Shown one piece after another: positions 17,291 through 26,997 of a stretch of 56,593 nucleotides of DNA (position 1 is its first letter; each line of letters opens with the position of its first letter). Under the pieces are notes generated by a model that did not search any database, was not told where the DNA came from, and saw nothing but the letters and a program-made list of their open reading frames with translations. The position numbers and the translations under genes were made by a program. This DNA comes from an uncultured Candidatus Saccharibacteria bacterium (GTDB lineage Bacteria > Patescibacteriota > Saccharimonadia > Saccharimonadales > Saccharimonadaceae), in NCBI GenBank assembly GCA_964383465.1, contig CAYLGT010000005.1, positions 1 to 56,593 of the forward strand. The letters are read 5' to 3'.

Positions 17291-18001
17291 GTGATACAGC
17301 TCAAAGGAGTCAGTAAGGTATACGGGAAGCGCGATCAGGCGTTTACTGCTCTTGAAGACATCAACTTCAAGATTCCAAAAGGTGCCAGCGTTGCAATCGT
17401 TGGTAAGTCAGGTTCGGGTAAAAGTACGCTTATGCATGTCATGAGTGGACTGGATCGCGCCAGTAGTGGCTCTATCGTCATCGATGGAACCGACATATCG
17501 TCCATGAAAGCCAAGGCGGTTGATCGCTTTCGTAGTGAAAAAATTGGTTTTATCTTTCAGGCATTTTTCGTGCAAGCAAATGAAAGCTGTTTTTATAACG
17601 TCGCGTTGCCACTAGAGATCTCGAGAGTCAAAGGCGCGGCTAAAAAGAAGCGAGTACTGACGGCACTCAAAGCCGTAGGACTCGAAGATAAATTGAACCA
17701 GAAAGCCAAAAACCTCTCGGGTGGACAGAAGCAGCGACTGGCAATTGCACGAGCTATCGTCAACAAACCCGCCATCCTTTTTGCTGACGAACCAACTGGA
17801 AACCTAGACAGTGCGACTGGAGAGAAAGTTGAAAAACTTTTGTTTGACTTCAACCGTAAGCTTGGAAGCACGCTCGTGATCGTGACTCACGACCATGACC
17901 TGGCTAGCAAATGCGACTATCAGGTGCTTATAAAAGATGGCAAGATCGTCAAGATACTGGAAGCGCCCTATAAACGACCACTTTCAGGAGGTGCCATATG
18001 A
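17291..18001 (+). CDS. ABC transporter ATP-binding protein (MacB/LolD-type)
   Basis: Walker A GKSGSGKST, signature LSGGQKQR, Walker B ILFADEPT. GTG start with a GAGGGG SD. Confidence 0.9.
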   Translation: MIQLKGVSKVYGKRDQAFTALEDINFKIPKGASVAIVGKSGSGKSTLMHVMSGLDRASSGSIVIDGTDISSMKAKAVDRFRSEKIGFIFQAFFVQANESCFYNVALPLEISRVKGAAKKKRVLTALKAVGLEDKLNQKAKNLSGGQKQRLAIARAIVNKPAILFADEPTGNLDSATGEKVEKLLFDFNRKLGSTLVIVTHDHDLASKCDYQVLIKDGKIVKILEAPYKRPLSGGAI

Positions 18002-19383
18002 GACTGACCGACATCATCAAGCGTGCTGCAAGGAGCCTTCGCAGCGCTAAGGCGCGTACAGCGCTTACGAGTTTGGCAATTGCCGTTGGGGCGTTTACGT
18101 TGACACTCAGCCTGGCGGCAGGTGAGGGTGCTCGTCGGTACGCCGACAAGCTTATCAGCAGTAACGTCGACCCTCAGTCTATCTTTGTCGCAAAAGACCC
18201 TTCGCTGTTTGGCGCCAACGGCGGACCTGGTGGCGGACTGAAAGAATACTCGGCCGACGCAACGCAGTATGGTGGCGCCACGTTCAAAGCACTGAACAAA
18301 ACCGACATAGAGCTCATCGACAAAACAGCCGGTGTCGCTTCGGTTGCGCCGACGTATCTCGTGAGCGCACAGTACTTTACGTTTGAGGGCAAAGACAAAA
18401 AATACACTTCGGATATCACTGCCTATGACGCGAGCGTCAGGGCCGAAGCTGCGGCGGGTGTGATTCCAAAACTAGGGACACAGATTGCCGCGGACGAAGT
18501 GATCGTCCCGGAATCATTTGCCGAAGCTATAGGGGTAAAACCAGCTGACTTGGTGGGCAGGAACGTCACGCTCCATGTCGTGAAGTCGACGACCCCTCCG
18601 AGCCAAGAAGAGATTCAGGCGGCATTTGTGAGCGGTGGAACTGCGGCGGTTGAATCACTCGTTAAAGTTGAGTCAAAGGACGTTGAGTTCAAGGTGGTTG
18701 CCGTGAGTGCCAAATCAAGCACCTCATTTTCGGCCAGTGCAGCGCTCTTCATCTCCGACCAAGCAGCCAAGGACTTGTCAGAGTACATCACTGCAGGTAC
18801 GGACCAGTATCAGAAATACATCACCGCTACGGTTCGCGTCAAAGATGGCTATAACCCCGAGGATGTGAAGGCGGCGTTTAAAGCCGAGTACCAGCGTGTC
18901 GGCAACAAAGACTACATCATCGCAAAAACCGCCAAGGATTTGCAGGGGCTACTGTTCACGATCGTAAACATTCTGCAGGGAATTGTGATTGGGTTCGGGG
19001 TCATCGCGCTTATCGCCAGTGTGTTTGGCATCATCAACACACAGTACATCTCGGTACTGGAGCGAACTCGCGAGATCGGACTCATGAAAGCGCTCGGTAT
19101 GCGTGGAAAAAGTGTTAGTCGCTTGTTCCAGTTCGAAGCTGCCTGGATTGGTTTCCTCGGTGGTGTCATCGGCTCGACGCTGGCCTGGGGAATTGGCACG
19201 GCGCTTAACCCATGGATCACGAAACAGCTGAGCCTCGGCGATGGCAACTATTTGTTGATCTTCCAGATTGTTCCTATAGTCGGTCTCGTGCTGGCCCTGA
19301 TGGCGATCGCTATGCTCGCCGGTTGGTTGCCGGCCCGCAAGGCGGCCAAACTTGACCCTATCGAAGCCCTCAGAACAGAGTAG
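17998..19383 (+). CDS. ABC transporter permease (MacB-like, FtsX-type domain with a large periplasmic loop)
   Basis: N-terminal TM, about 270-aa extracytoplasmic domain, C-terminal 3 TM with ERTREIGLMKALG. Overlaps the ATPase stop (ATGA). Confidence 0.85.
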   Translation: MRLTDIIKRAARSLRSAKARTALTSLAIAVGAFTLTLSLAAGEGARRYADKLISSNVDPQSIFVAKDPSLFGANGGPGGGLKEYSADATQYGGATFKALNKTDIELIDKTAGVASVAPTYLVSAQYFTFEGKDKKYTSDITAYDASVRAEAAAGVIPKLGTQIAADEVIVPESFAEAIGVKPADLVGRNVTLHVVKSTTPPSQEEIQAAFVSGGTAAVESLVKVESKDVEFKVVAVSAKSSTSFSASAALFISDQAAKDLSEYITAGTDQYQKYITATVRVKDGYNPEDVKAAFKAEYQRVGNKDYIIAKTAKDLQGLLFTIVNILQGIVIGFGVIALIASVFGIINTQYISVLERTREIGLMKALGMRGKSVSRLFQFEAAWIGFLGGVIGSTLAWGIGTALNPWITKQLSLGDGNYLLIFQIVPIVGLVLALMAIAMLAGWLPARKAAKLDPIEALRTE

Positions 19384-19384
19384 A

Positions 19385-19413
19385 TTGACTATTTATACTA
19401 CTTGTGCTATAAT
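19385..19413 (+). promoter_or_regulatory. Near-consensus promoter TTGACT-17-TATAAT (TGc extended)
   Basis: TTGACT 19385-90 and TATAAT 19408-13. ATG 19424 is only 10 nt downstream and has no SD. Confidence 0.7.
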
Positions 19414-19423
19414 GTAGATATAC

Positions 19424-19867
19424 ATGAGTATTCATGCATTTCGCCCTAGCCGAATCGACGGTGACCCCACTGCGGGACACGCACGATCTATCGACATGCG
19501 GGCAGTGAGCCCCGGTGCAGTGCATGGCATACTTAACCAATTTGTCGAAGGCCAGTACGAGCGAAACGGGCTTGTTATCGACTCACCAGATCAGACAGTC
19601 CAGACAGTGCTGCTGAGGGCTGGCAGGAAGCGGTTTCATCACTTTCACCTTAGCGGTCGGCCCGATGTCGGCTATGACGGCTTTCGTCAGCGTGATGATT
19701 TTCAGGGTGACAATGCTTTCTTTCTGTCGGCCGACCGAACTGTAACTGTCTTTGGCTATGACCCGGCTCGAAAACCAGAGGCGCTGGAACGTTTCCACGC
19801 CCTTCAGATGCCAGTGTTGGCGCTGTCACTTGATGGCCTCGAACGAGTGATTGCTCGCGGCCAGTAA
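19424..19867 (+). CDS. Hypothetical 147-aa protein (GC-rich orphan)
   Basis: ORF immediately behind a consensus promoter. No motif recognised. Confidence 0.55.
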   Translation: MSIHAFRPSRIDGDPTAGHARSIDMRAVSPGAVHGILNQFVEGQYERNGLVIDSPDQTVQTVLLRAGRKRFHHFHLSGRPDVGYDGFRQRDDFQGDNAFFLSADRTVTVFGYDPARKPEALERFHALQMPVLALSLDGLERVIARGQ

Positions 19868-19912
19868 GTCGCTCCGTTTAGCTAAGGTGATTCATGGAGT
19901 ATAATGGCGGAT

Positions 19913-21157
19913 ATGTTAGATATCCGCTTTATTCGTGAAAATGCTGAATTAGTACAAACCGCTGCGGCCAACAAAGGCTACCAGGTTGATGTCGCCGAGC
20001 TACTGAAGGCTGACGAAAACCGTCGCGTGCTGCAAAAACAAGTCGATGATTTGCGTGAACGACGCAACCAAAACGCTGCAAAGATGAAGGGCGGCAAGCC
20101 TGACCAGGCGATTATCGATGAGGGTAAACAGATCAAAGTAGAGCTCGCCGACCGAGAGCAACTACTCAGTGCTTCGGACGAACAAACCGAAAGCTTACTA
20201 AGAAAAGTTCCAAATATCATCTTTGATGACGTGCCACTCGGGGGGGAAGAAGACAGCGTCGAAATCAAGAAGTGGGGCGAACAAAAAACCGGCGCAAAGG
20301 ACCACTTGGACTTTGCGCTTGCACGAGGCTGGGTAGACTTTGAGCGAGGAGCGCGTGCGGCAGGGACCAAGTTCTATTACATAAAAGGCGATCTTGCACT
20401 GCTTGAAAACGCTATGCTCCAGTTTGGCATCGACATGGTGACCAAAAAAGGCTTTACCTACATGACGGTGCCTCACATGGTGAACTCGCGAGTTGCTGAA
20501 GGGGCGGGGTTTGCACCAAAAGGTGATGCGAGCGGGAACGAATACTTTGTAGACGGAGAAGATCTCACACTCATCGGTACCGCAGAAGCGCCGCTTACTG
20601 GCTACCACGCGGACGAAATTATAGATGAAAAACAGCTTCCGCTCCTCTATGCAGGCTACAGCCCTTGCTACCGCAAAGAGGCTGGCACCTATGGCAAGCA
20701 CACGCGCGGATTGTTCCGCGTGCACCAGTTCAACAAGCTGGAGATGTACGTTTTTTGTGCGCCGGAAGATTCACCGAAGATGCATGACATGATACTGTCT
20801 GTCGAAGAAGAGATATGGCAAGCACTTGGTGTGCCATACCATGTCATCAACATCGCCGCCGGAGATCTCGGAGCGCCCGCTGCCAAGAAATTCGATGTGG
20901 AGTATTGGTCGCCAGTTGATGGCACCTACCGGGAGCTAACAAGCTGTAGTAACTGCACCGACTATCAAGCCAGGGGGCTAAACATTCGCCTCCGACGCAA
21001 GAGTGGCGAAATCGAATCAGTTCACACACTAAATGGCACCGCGATAAGCTTTGCTCGTGGCCTTATCACTATGATCGAACACTACCAGAACGAAGACGGT
21101 ACGCTGACGGTCCCTGAGGTGCTTCGTCCTTACCTCGCTGGTCGCGAAACGCTTTAG
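19913..21157 (+). CDS. serS: Seryl-tRNA synthetase
   Basis: MLDIRFIRENAELV, TAEAPLTGYH and RVHQFNKLEMY motifs. TATAAT 19899-904 overlaps the first ATG (19904), so ATG 19913, 8 nt after the -10, is the preferred start. Confidence 0.94.
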   Translation: MLDIRFIRENAELVQTAAANKGYQVDVAELLKADENRRVLQKQVDDLRERRNQNAAKMKGGKPDQAIIDEGKQIKVELADREQLLSASDEQTESLLRKVPNIIFDDVPLGGEEDSVEIKKWGEQKTGAKDHLDFALARGWVDFERGARAAGTKFYYIKGDLALLENAMLQFGIDMVTKKGFTYMTVPHMVNSRVAEGAGFAPKGDASGNEYFVDGEDLTLIGTAEAPLTGYHADEIIDEKQLPLLYAGYSPCYRKEAGTYGKHTRGLFRVHQFNKLEMYVFCAPEDSPKMHDMILSVEEEIWQALGVPYHVINIAAGDLGAPAAKKFDVEYWSPVDGTYRELTSCSNCTDYQARGLNIRLRRKSGEIESVHTLNGTAISFARGLITMIEHYQNEDGTLTVPEVLRPYLAGRETL

Positions 21158-21215
21158 GGCGTATACTAGAAATACGAGCAGCCACTTGAGGCTGCCTAGC
21201 GAAAGGGGGTCACCT

Positions 21216-21596
21216 ATGATCAACCATATCGACATCACTGGAGTCCGCTACACACCTGACGAGCAGACGAAAAAGTATGTGCGAAAAAAGATTGGAGGTC
21301 TCGATCGCTACCTCTCGCGCCACATGCGCAGATCTACCTATATCGACGTCAAGCTCAAAGAAGTAAACCGCGCCAACGGTAACAAATATGAGTGTGATGT
21401 TGTCATCAAGCTGCCAGAACATAGTGTTACCGCCAAAGATTCAACCATGAACATGCTTGCTGCCGTCGACATCGTCGAAGAAAAGCTTCGCCAGCAGCTC
21501 AAAAAGTACCACGACACACGCAAAGATCACCGCAAAAACCACAACCTACTAGGGCGCCTGAAACGACGCTTGCATCGACCTAGTTTTGAGAGCTGA
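21216..21596 (+). CDS. hpf: Ribosome hibernation factor (HPF/RaiA family, short form)
   Basis: INHIDITGVRYTPDEQTKKYVRKKIGGLDRY...ECDVVIKLP...AAVDIVEEKLRQQLKKY. SD AAGGGGG. Confidence 0.85.
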   Translation: MINHIDITGVRYTPDEQTKKYVRKKIGGLDRYLSRHMRRSTYIDVKLKEVNRANGNKYECDVVIKLPEHSVTAKDSTMNMLAAVDIVEEKLRQQLKKYHDTRKDHRKNHNLLGRLKRRLHRPSFES

Positions 21597-21782
21597 GCAC
21601 GTCACGAACACGCTTCTTCGCTCCCTTCCTTTCGTTTCTGGATTCCCAGAAACTGCAGTCGCTTTACGAGAGCTGCGAAGTGATGTTCTTGCGCGCTCAA
21701 ATACTTTCTTTTCCACCTCTAGAGCGGTATACTAGAACCTAGTTTCATTTACCGACTAACAGATGAGGGGTGCAAAACGACT

Positions 21783-24389
21783 ATGAAACAGGCACTGACG
21801 AAAGTGTTTGGCGATCCACAAGCGCGGATCCTGAAGCGACTACGTAAAAAAGTAGTTGAAATCAACAACCTGGCAGACAAATACCACGACATGAAAGTCG
21901 CGGATCTAAAGAAGCAGACCGACGTTCTCAAAAAGCGCCTGGCGAAAAAAGGCACAACGCTCGACGATTTGCTGCCAGATGCCTTTGCGCTCGTTCGTGA
22001 AGCGAGTGATCGCGCACTCAAGATGCGCCATTTTGACGTGCAGCTCATCGGTGGAATGGTGCTCCACGAAGGAAACGTCGCCGAGCTCAAGACCGGTGAA
22101 GGTAAGACGCTTATGGCCACACTGGCCGCCTACCTGAATGCACTCGAAGGCAAAGGTGTGCACGTGGTCACGGTTAACGACTACCTGGCACAGCGCGACG
22201 CTGGCTGGATGGGTGAACTCTACGACTACTTGGGCATGAGCACCGGTGTGATCATCAACGACGTGAGCTATCTGTACGACGGCAAATTTGAAAACGCGCT
22301 TCACAGCGACCCACGCATGAAACGGCTTCGCCCATGCTCACGCAAAGAAGCCTACGCAGCGGACATCACCTACGGAACCAACAACGAATTTGGCTTTGAC
22401 TACCTACGTGACAACATGGTGAACGACCCAGACCTGCTTCGTCAGCGCGAACTAAACTTCGCCATCGTTGACGAGGTGGACAGCATCCTTATCGACGAAG
22501 CCCGTACTCCACTTATCATCTCGGCTCCTGCCATGGAAAACCCAGAGATGTATATCAAGTTTGCCAAAGTCGCCGCCAGTTTGAAGCCTGAACACTACAT
22601 AAAAGACGAGAAACGCCGTAGTGTCAGCTTGACCGATGAAGGGGTCGACAAAATTGAGCGCATGCTTGGTATCAAAAATCTCTACAGTCCTGAGCACGTT
22701 CGAAGTGTCTACCACCTCGACCAGGCGCTCAAAGCCGAGACGCTGTTCAAGCGCGACAAAGACTATGTGGTTGCGACTGACGGTGAAGTGTTGATCGTCG
22801 ACGAGTTTACTGGACGCCTCATGCATGGCCGTCGTTACAACGAAGGGCTACACCAGGCGATTGAGGCCAAAGAAAACGTGGCAGTGCAGCAGGAGAGCCA
22901 GACGCTGGCTACCATTTCCTTCCAGAACTATTTCCGTATCTACAACAAACTGAGTGGTATGACCGGTACCGCCTTTACAGAGGCAGAGGAATTTCAGCAG
23001 ATCTATGGACTGGATGTTATCCAGGTACCACCAAACAAGCCGATTGCTCGTGTTGACCGACAAGACAAGATCTTTAAAAGCGAAGCAGGCAAGATTGCTG
23101 CGCTTGTTGCTGACGTTGCTGAGTTTCAGAAGCGAGGCCAACCGGTTCTGATCGGTTCTGCCAGCATCGCGAAGAACGAACTGATCAGCAAGGCACTCAA
23201 AAAAGCCGGCATCAAACACGAACTACTCAACGCCAAAAACAACGAGCGTGAAGCAGCGATCGTCGCAGAAGCTGGCCAGAAAGGCGCTGTGACGCTTGCC
23301 ACCAACATCGCAGGTCGTGGTACTGACATCGTGCTCGGCGAAGGAGTTCGTGAACTCGGTGGACTCGTGGTACTTGGTTCCGAGCGACACGAAGCTCGCC
23401 GTATCGACAACCAGCTACGTGGTCGTGGTGGACGTCAGGGTGACCCAGGTGTGACCCAGTTCTACGTCTCGACCGAAGACGACCTCATGCGAATCTTCCA
23501 GGGTGAGCGAATTGCTGCACTCATGGATCGTCTGGGTGTCGACGACACAACACCTATCGAAAACCGCGCTGTCAGCAAGACGCTTGAATCTGCACAGAAG
23601 CGCGTCGAAGGCTACAACTATGACACTCGTAAAAATGTTGTTCAGTACGACAATGTTATCAACCGGCACCGCAAAGTTGTCTACAAAATCCGTCGCGAGA
23701 TTTTGGACGGTGAAAACATCAAACCAGAAGTTGAGCGACTACTCGATGCCAAACTGAGTGAACTAACCCTCGTTCCTGCAAAGAACAACCCGAAGTATGC
23801 CGAAGAGTTCGAGGCTGTGCTGCCAATTGATCCTGAAACGATCAAAAAAATCGGACTAGAGAAGCGTGACAAAACACGACTCGAGATGGCAAAGAAGGCT
23901 GCCGAGAAGCTATACGGCGACAAAGAAAAAGAGCTAACTAGCGAAGTGATGCGCGGCGTCGAGCGTGAGATCTACCTTCAGGTGCTTGACCTACTCTGGA
24001 TGCAGCACCTCGAGAACATGCAGCATCTTCGAGAAGGTATCCACTGGCGTAGCGTCGGGCAGCGTGATCCGCTGGTTGAATACCGCGCTGAAAGTCAAAA
24101 ACTGTTTGAAGGTTTGCAGGCAACCCTGCGAGACGAAGTGCTTCGCGCCATCTTCCACGTTCGTAAGCAGGAAGTTAACGCCGACAAGGTTACCGACGAT
24201 CACTACGACTCAGAGCTGACTCAGGCTGCCCAAAGTTCTGTCGAACGGGGCGTCAACGAAGCCGGACTCCCAACCATCCACACCGAGGATGAGTACAAAG
24301 TTAAAAAAGCCTCGACAGCTGGTAGCAAGAAAAAAGCTGCCGCCAAAAAGAAACGCAAAGCTACTCGCGCCGCACGTAAACGACACTAG
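21783..24389 (+). CDS. secA: Preprotein translocase ATPase SecA
   Basis: Full-length SecA pattern (MRHFDVQLIGG, TGEGKTL, DEVDSILIDEARTPLIIS, TNIAGRGTDI) with a Lys-rich C-terminal tail. Confidence 0.97.
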   Translation: MKQALTKVFGDPQARILKRLRKKVVEINNLADKYHDMKVADLKKQTDVLKKRLAKKGTTLDDLLPDAFALVREASDRALKMRHFDVQLIGGMVLHEGNVAELKTGEGKTLMATLAAYLNALEGKGVHVVTVNDYLAQRDAGWMGELYDYLGMSTGVIINDVSYLYDGKFENALHSDPRMKRLRPCSRKEAYAADITYGTNNEFGFDYLRDNMVNDPDLLRQRELNFAIVDEVDSILIDEARTPLIISAPAMENPEMYIKFAKVAASLKPEHYIKDEKRRSVSLTDEGVDKIERMLGIKNLYSPEHVRSVYHLDQALKAETLFKRDKDYVVATDGEVLIVDEFTGRLMHGRRYNEGLHQAIEAKENVAVQQESQTLATISFQNYFRIYNKLSGMTGTAFTEAEEFQQIYGLDVIQVPPNKPIARVDRQDKIFKSEAGKIAALVADVAEFQKRGQPVLIGSASIAKNELISKALKKAGIKHELLNAKNNEREAAIVAEAGQKGAVTLATNIAGRGTDIVLGEGVRELGGLVVLGSERHEARRIDNQLRGRGGRQGDPGVTQFYVSTEDDLMRIFQGERIAALMDRLGVDDTTPIENRAVSKTLESAQKRVEGYNYDTRKNVVQYDNVINRHRKVVYKIRREILDGENIKPEVERLLDAKLSELTLVPAKNNPKYAEEFEAVLPIDPETIKKIGLEKRDKTRLEMAKKAAEKLYGDKEKELTSEVMRGVEREIYLQVLDLLWMQHLENMQHLREGIHWRSVGQRDPLVEYRAESQKLFEGLQATLRDEVLRAIFHVRKQEVNADKVTDDHYDSELTQAAQSSVERGVNEAGLPTIHTEDEYKVKKASTAGSKKKAAAKKKRKATRAARKRH

Positions 24390-24398
24390 ACCGACCTC

Positions 24399-25691
24399 AT
24401 GAAACACACCGTACACGAAGTGACACTCAAAAACGGCTCACGCGGGCTGCTAATCGACATACCAGGTGCAACGGTCATGAGCTTTCAGTTTCATTTCCGA
24501 GCTGGCAATCGCTACGCTAAACGACCAGAGATAGAGCAGACCCCGCACATCATGGAACACATGGCGTTTGGCGCCAATGCTCGGTTCAAGGACGGCCATG
24601 CGTTTGAAGCGGAATTCACCAAAAACGGTGCTCACCACAACGCCTACACGAGCGACTACAGCATGGTGTACTACGGCGATTGCGCCGACTTCGAATGGGA
24701 ACGAATCCTTGATCTCAAACAAGTTGCCATCACAAAGCCTCGTTTCAACGAGGAAGAGCTTCGTGCTGAAGTAGGTAATGTCCGTAACGAGCTCAACGGC
24801 TATTTGAACTCTCACCCACGTCTGCTGTGGCCAAAAATGCAGCAGGTCCTGGGAGAGGCAACTCTGACATTTCCAGAAGCTGTCAAAACGATTTCCAACG
24901 TGACACTTTCTGATGTAAAAGAACACTATCGTAGAACCCATACCAGCGAAAACATGCGCTTTATCATCGCCGGTCGCATGTATCGTCGCAAGAAACGAAT
25001 CATCGAAATGCTCGAGAGCTGGGAGTTACCTCACGGCGAGCGACTACCAATTCCGCTCGATGAGCTGCATGGCGCTGAACCGTTTTTGATCCGTCGTAAA
25101 GAATCGAGTAACCTGACGTTTGGTTGGTCGATGATCGTTCCTCGACGTTTGAGCGATGCAGAAGTCGATGCTATGGGCGCTGTGAACCATGTTCTAACCG
25201 GAACTATGCACTCACGTATCTATGGTGCGGCGCGTAAAAAAGGTTTGGCGTACGGTATCTTCTCGGAAACAAATGCCAACGAGCATGCCAGTAGTTGGGA
25301 CTTCGGCGCCGAAGTAAACCTGGAAACCATTGAACCTTTGTTTGACATCATGGTACGCGAAGTTCGTGCCGTGCTCGACGGTAAACTGACAGATGAAGAG
25401 ATCGAGTCGGCAAAACAGTATGCGCTAGGACGACACCAAATGGGTGCGCAGACGGTAGGGCAGATCAATCGTTGGTATGCAGATCGCTACTTTTTTGACG
25501 GCCATATCGATGACTATGAAGCGCAGCCTAACGCCATAAACGCGGTGACAAAACGACGCATAGTCGAGACAGCACGCGAGTTCATCACTTCAAACTGCTG
25601 GCTGCTCGGTGCGGTGGGGAGCGGCGACAAGGCACTGCTTGACCGACTTCATGCCAAACTCGACATCTTGTTTGACGACAGGCTAAACTAG
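24399..25691 (+). CDS. M16-family (pitrilysin/insulinase-like) zinc peptidase
   Basis: Inverted zinc motif HIMEH (HxxEH) near the N-terminus. Size is typical of a single M16 subunit. Confidence 0.85.
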   Translation: MKHTVHEVTLKNGSRGLLIDIPGATVMSFQFHFRAGNRYAKRPEIEQTPHIMEHMAFGANARFKDGHAFEAEFTKNGAHHNAYTSDYSMVYYGDCADFEWERILDLKQVAITKPRFNEEELRAEVGNVRNELNGYLNSHPRLLWPKMQQVLGEATLTFPEAVKTISNVTLSDVKEHYRRTHTSENMRFIIAGRMYRRKKRIIEMLESWELPHGERLPIPLDELHGAEPFLIRRKESSNLTFGWSMIVPRRLSDAEVDAMGAVNHVLTGTMHSRIYGAARKKGLAYGIFSETNANEHASSWDFGAEVNLETIEPLFDIMVREVRAVLDGKLTDEEIESAKQYALGRHQMGAQTVGQINRWYADRYFFDGHIDDYEAQPNAINAVTKRRIVETAREFITSNCWLLGAVGSGDKALLDRLHAKLDILFDDRLN

Positions 25692-25695
25692 ACAC

Positions 25696-26997
25696 ATGAA
25701 TCCAAAAAAAGTTGCTATCGCTGGGTACGGAGTAGAAGGAAAAGCAAACTACACTTACTGGCGTGAGCTTGGATGCGAAGTCACCATCGTCGACGAACGA
25801 CAGCTAAGTCCGTACGATCTTCCGTATGGTGCAGCAGCTATTTTGGGAAAAAATGTGTTCAAAAAACTTGGGGATTTCGACCTCGTCATCCGCACAGCCA
25901 GTCTGCGCCCTGACAAAATCAAAACCAAAGGCAAAATTTGGTCAGCGACAAATGAGTTTTTCGAAAAGTGCCCAGCGCCAATCATCGGCGTGACAGGTAC
26001 GAAGGGCAAAGGCACGACGAGCAGTCTCATCGCGAGCATATTGCGTGCCGCAGGGAAGACTGTGCACTTGGTTGGCAATATCGGAACACCGGCGCTGGAA
26101 GTTCTTCCGAGTATCAAGTCTGGCGACGTTGTCGTCTTTGAGCTGAGTAGTTTTCAGCTGTGGGATATCGAGCGTAGCCCGCATGTTGCCGTAGTCCTCA
26201 TGATCGAGCCAGAGCACCTCGACATCCATAAAGACATGCAGGACTATGTGCTCGCCAAAGCTAACATTCGTAAGTATCAGGATGATGGCGATGTGTGTGT
26301 CTATAATGCGCAGAATGAGCTCTCGTCTGAGATCGCGCACAGCAGCAACCTACAAGGAGAGCTCGTCGCCTACAATGAAGAAGCTGGTGTCCACGTAGCT
26401 TCTGGCTACTTTTGTTTAGGGGAGGAAAAAATTTGCTCGACGGAGTTTGTGTCGCTTGCTGGTCCACACAACCTCGAAAATGCCTGTGCGGCGATTGGCG
26501 CTTGCCTTTCTTTTAAGCCAAGTGTGCAGGCAATTGAAGAGGGTCTGAACAATTTCGAAGGGCTGCCACATCGGATTCAGTTTGTGCGGGAGGTAGATGG
26601 GGTAAAGTACATCAACGACAGTTACTCATCAGCAGCGGGAGCAACGTTGGCCGCTTTGAAATCATTTGATGAACCCCAGGTGCTTATTTGCGGGGGATAC
26701 GATCGAGGTCTTAAGTACGATCGTTTTGCTAAAGACATGGCAAGTATAAAGAACCTCAAACACATCGTTTTGATGGGCCAAACAGCAAAGACTATCGAGA
26801 AAGCGATGAAAAAAGAGGGCCTGACGAACTACACCAGAATTGACTCAGGGAATTTCTCTGAAGTTTTTCGTACCGCCGTTCAGATCGCAAAGCCCGGCGA
26901 TGTTGTTCTGCTAAGTCCAGGCTGTGCAAGTTTTGATATGTTTGATAATTTCACGGATCGAGGTGAAAAGTTTATAAAGCTTGTGGAGTCGCTATGA
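25696..26997 (+). CDS. murD: UDP-N-acetylmuramoyl-L-alanine--glutamate ligase (MurD family)
   Basis: Rossmann-like N-terminus (IAGYGVEGKA), P-loop GVTGTKGKGTT and the Mur ligase C-terminal pattern. Confidence 0.88.
   Translation: MNPKKVAIAGYGVEGKANYTYWRELGCEVTIVDERQLSPYDLPYGAAAILGKNVFKKLGDFDLVIRTASLRPDKIKTKGKIWSATNEFFEKCPAPIIGVTGTKGKGTTSSLIASILRAAGKTVHLVGNIGTPALEVLPSIKSGDVVVFELSSFQLWDIERSPHVAVVLMIEPEHLDIHKDMQDYVLAKANIRKYQDDGDVCVYNAQNELSSEIAHSSNLQGELVAYNEEAGVHVASGYFCLGEEKICSTEFVSLAGPHNLENACAAIGACLSFKPSVQAIEEGLNNFEGLPHRIQFVREVDGVKYINDSYSSAAGATLAALKSFDEPQVLICGGYDRGLKYDRFAKDMASIKNLKHIVLMGQTAKTIEKAMKKEGLTNYTRIDSGNFSEVFRTAVQIAKPGDVVLLSPGCASFDMFDNFTDRGEKFIKLVESL

Noticed and set aside
21597-21782. 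The 187-nt hpf-secA intergenic region as a possible structured RNA or small ORF.
   Set aside because: It contains only short hairpins (tttctgg-attc-ccagaaa) and a 19-codon ORF without an SD. The TATACTAGA promoter at 21728 explains the 3' part. There is not enough evidence for an RNA element.
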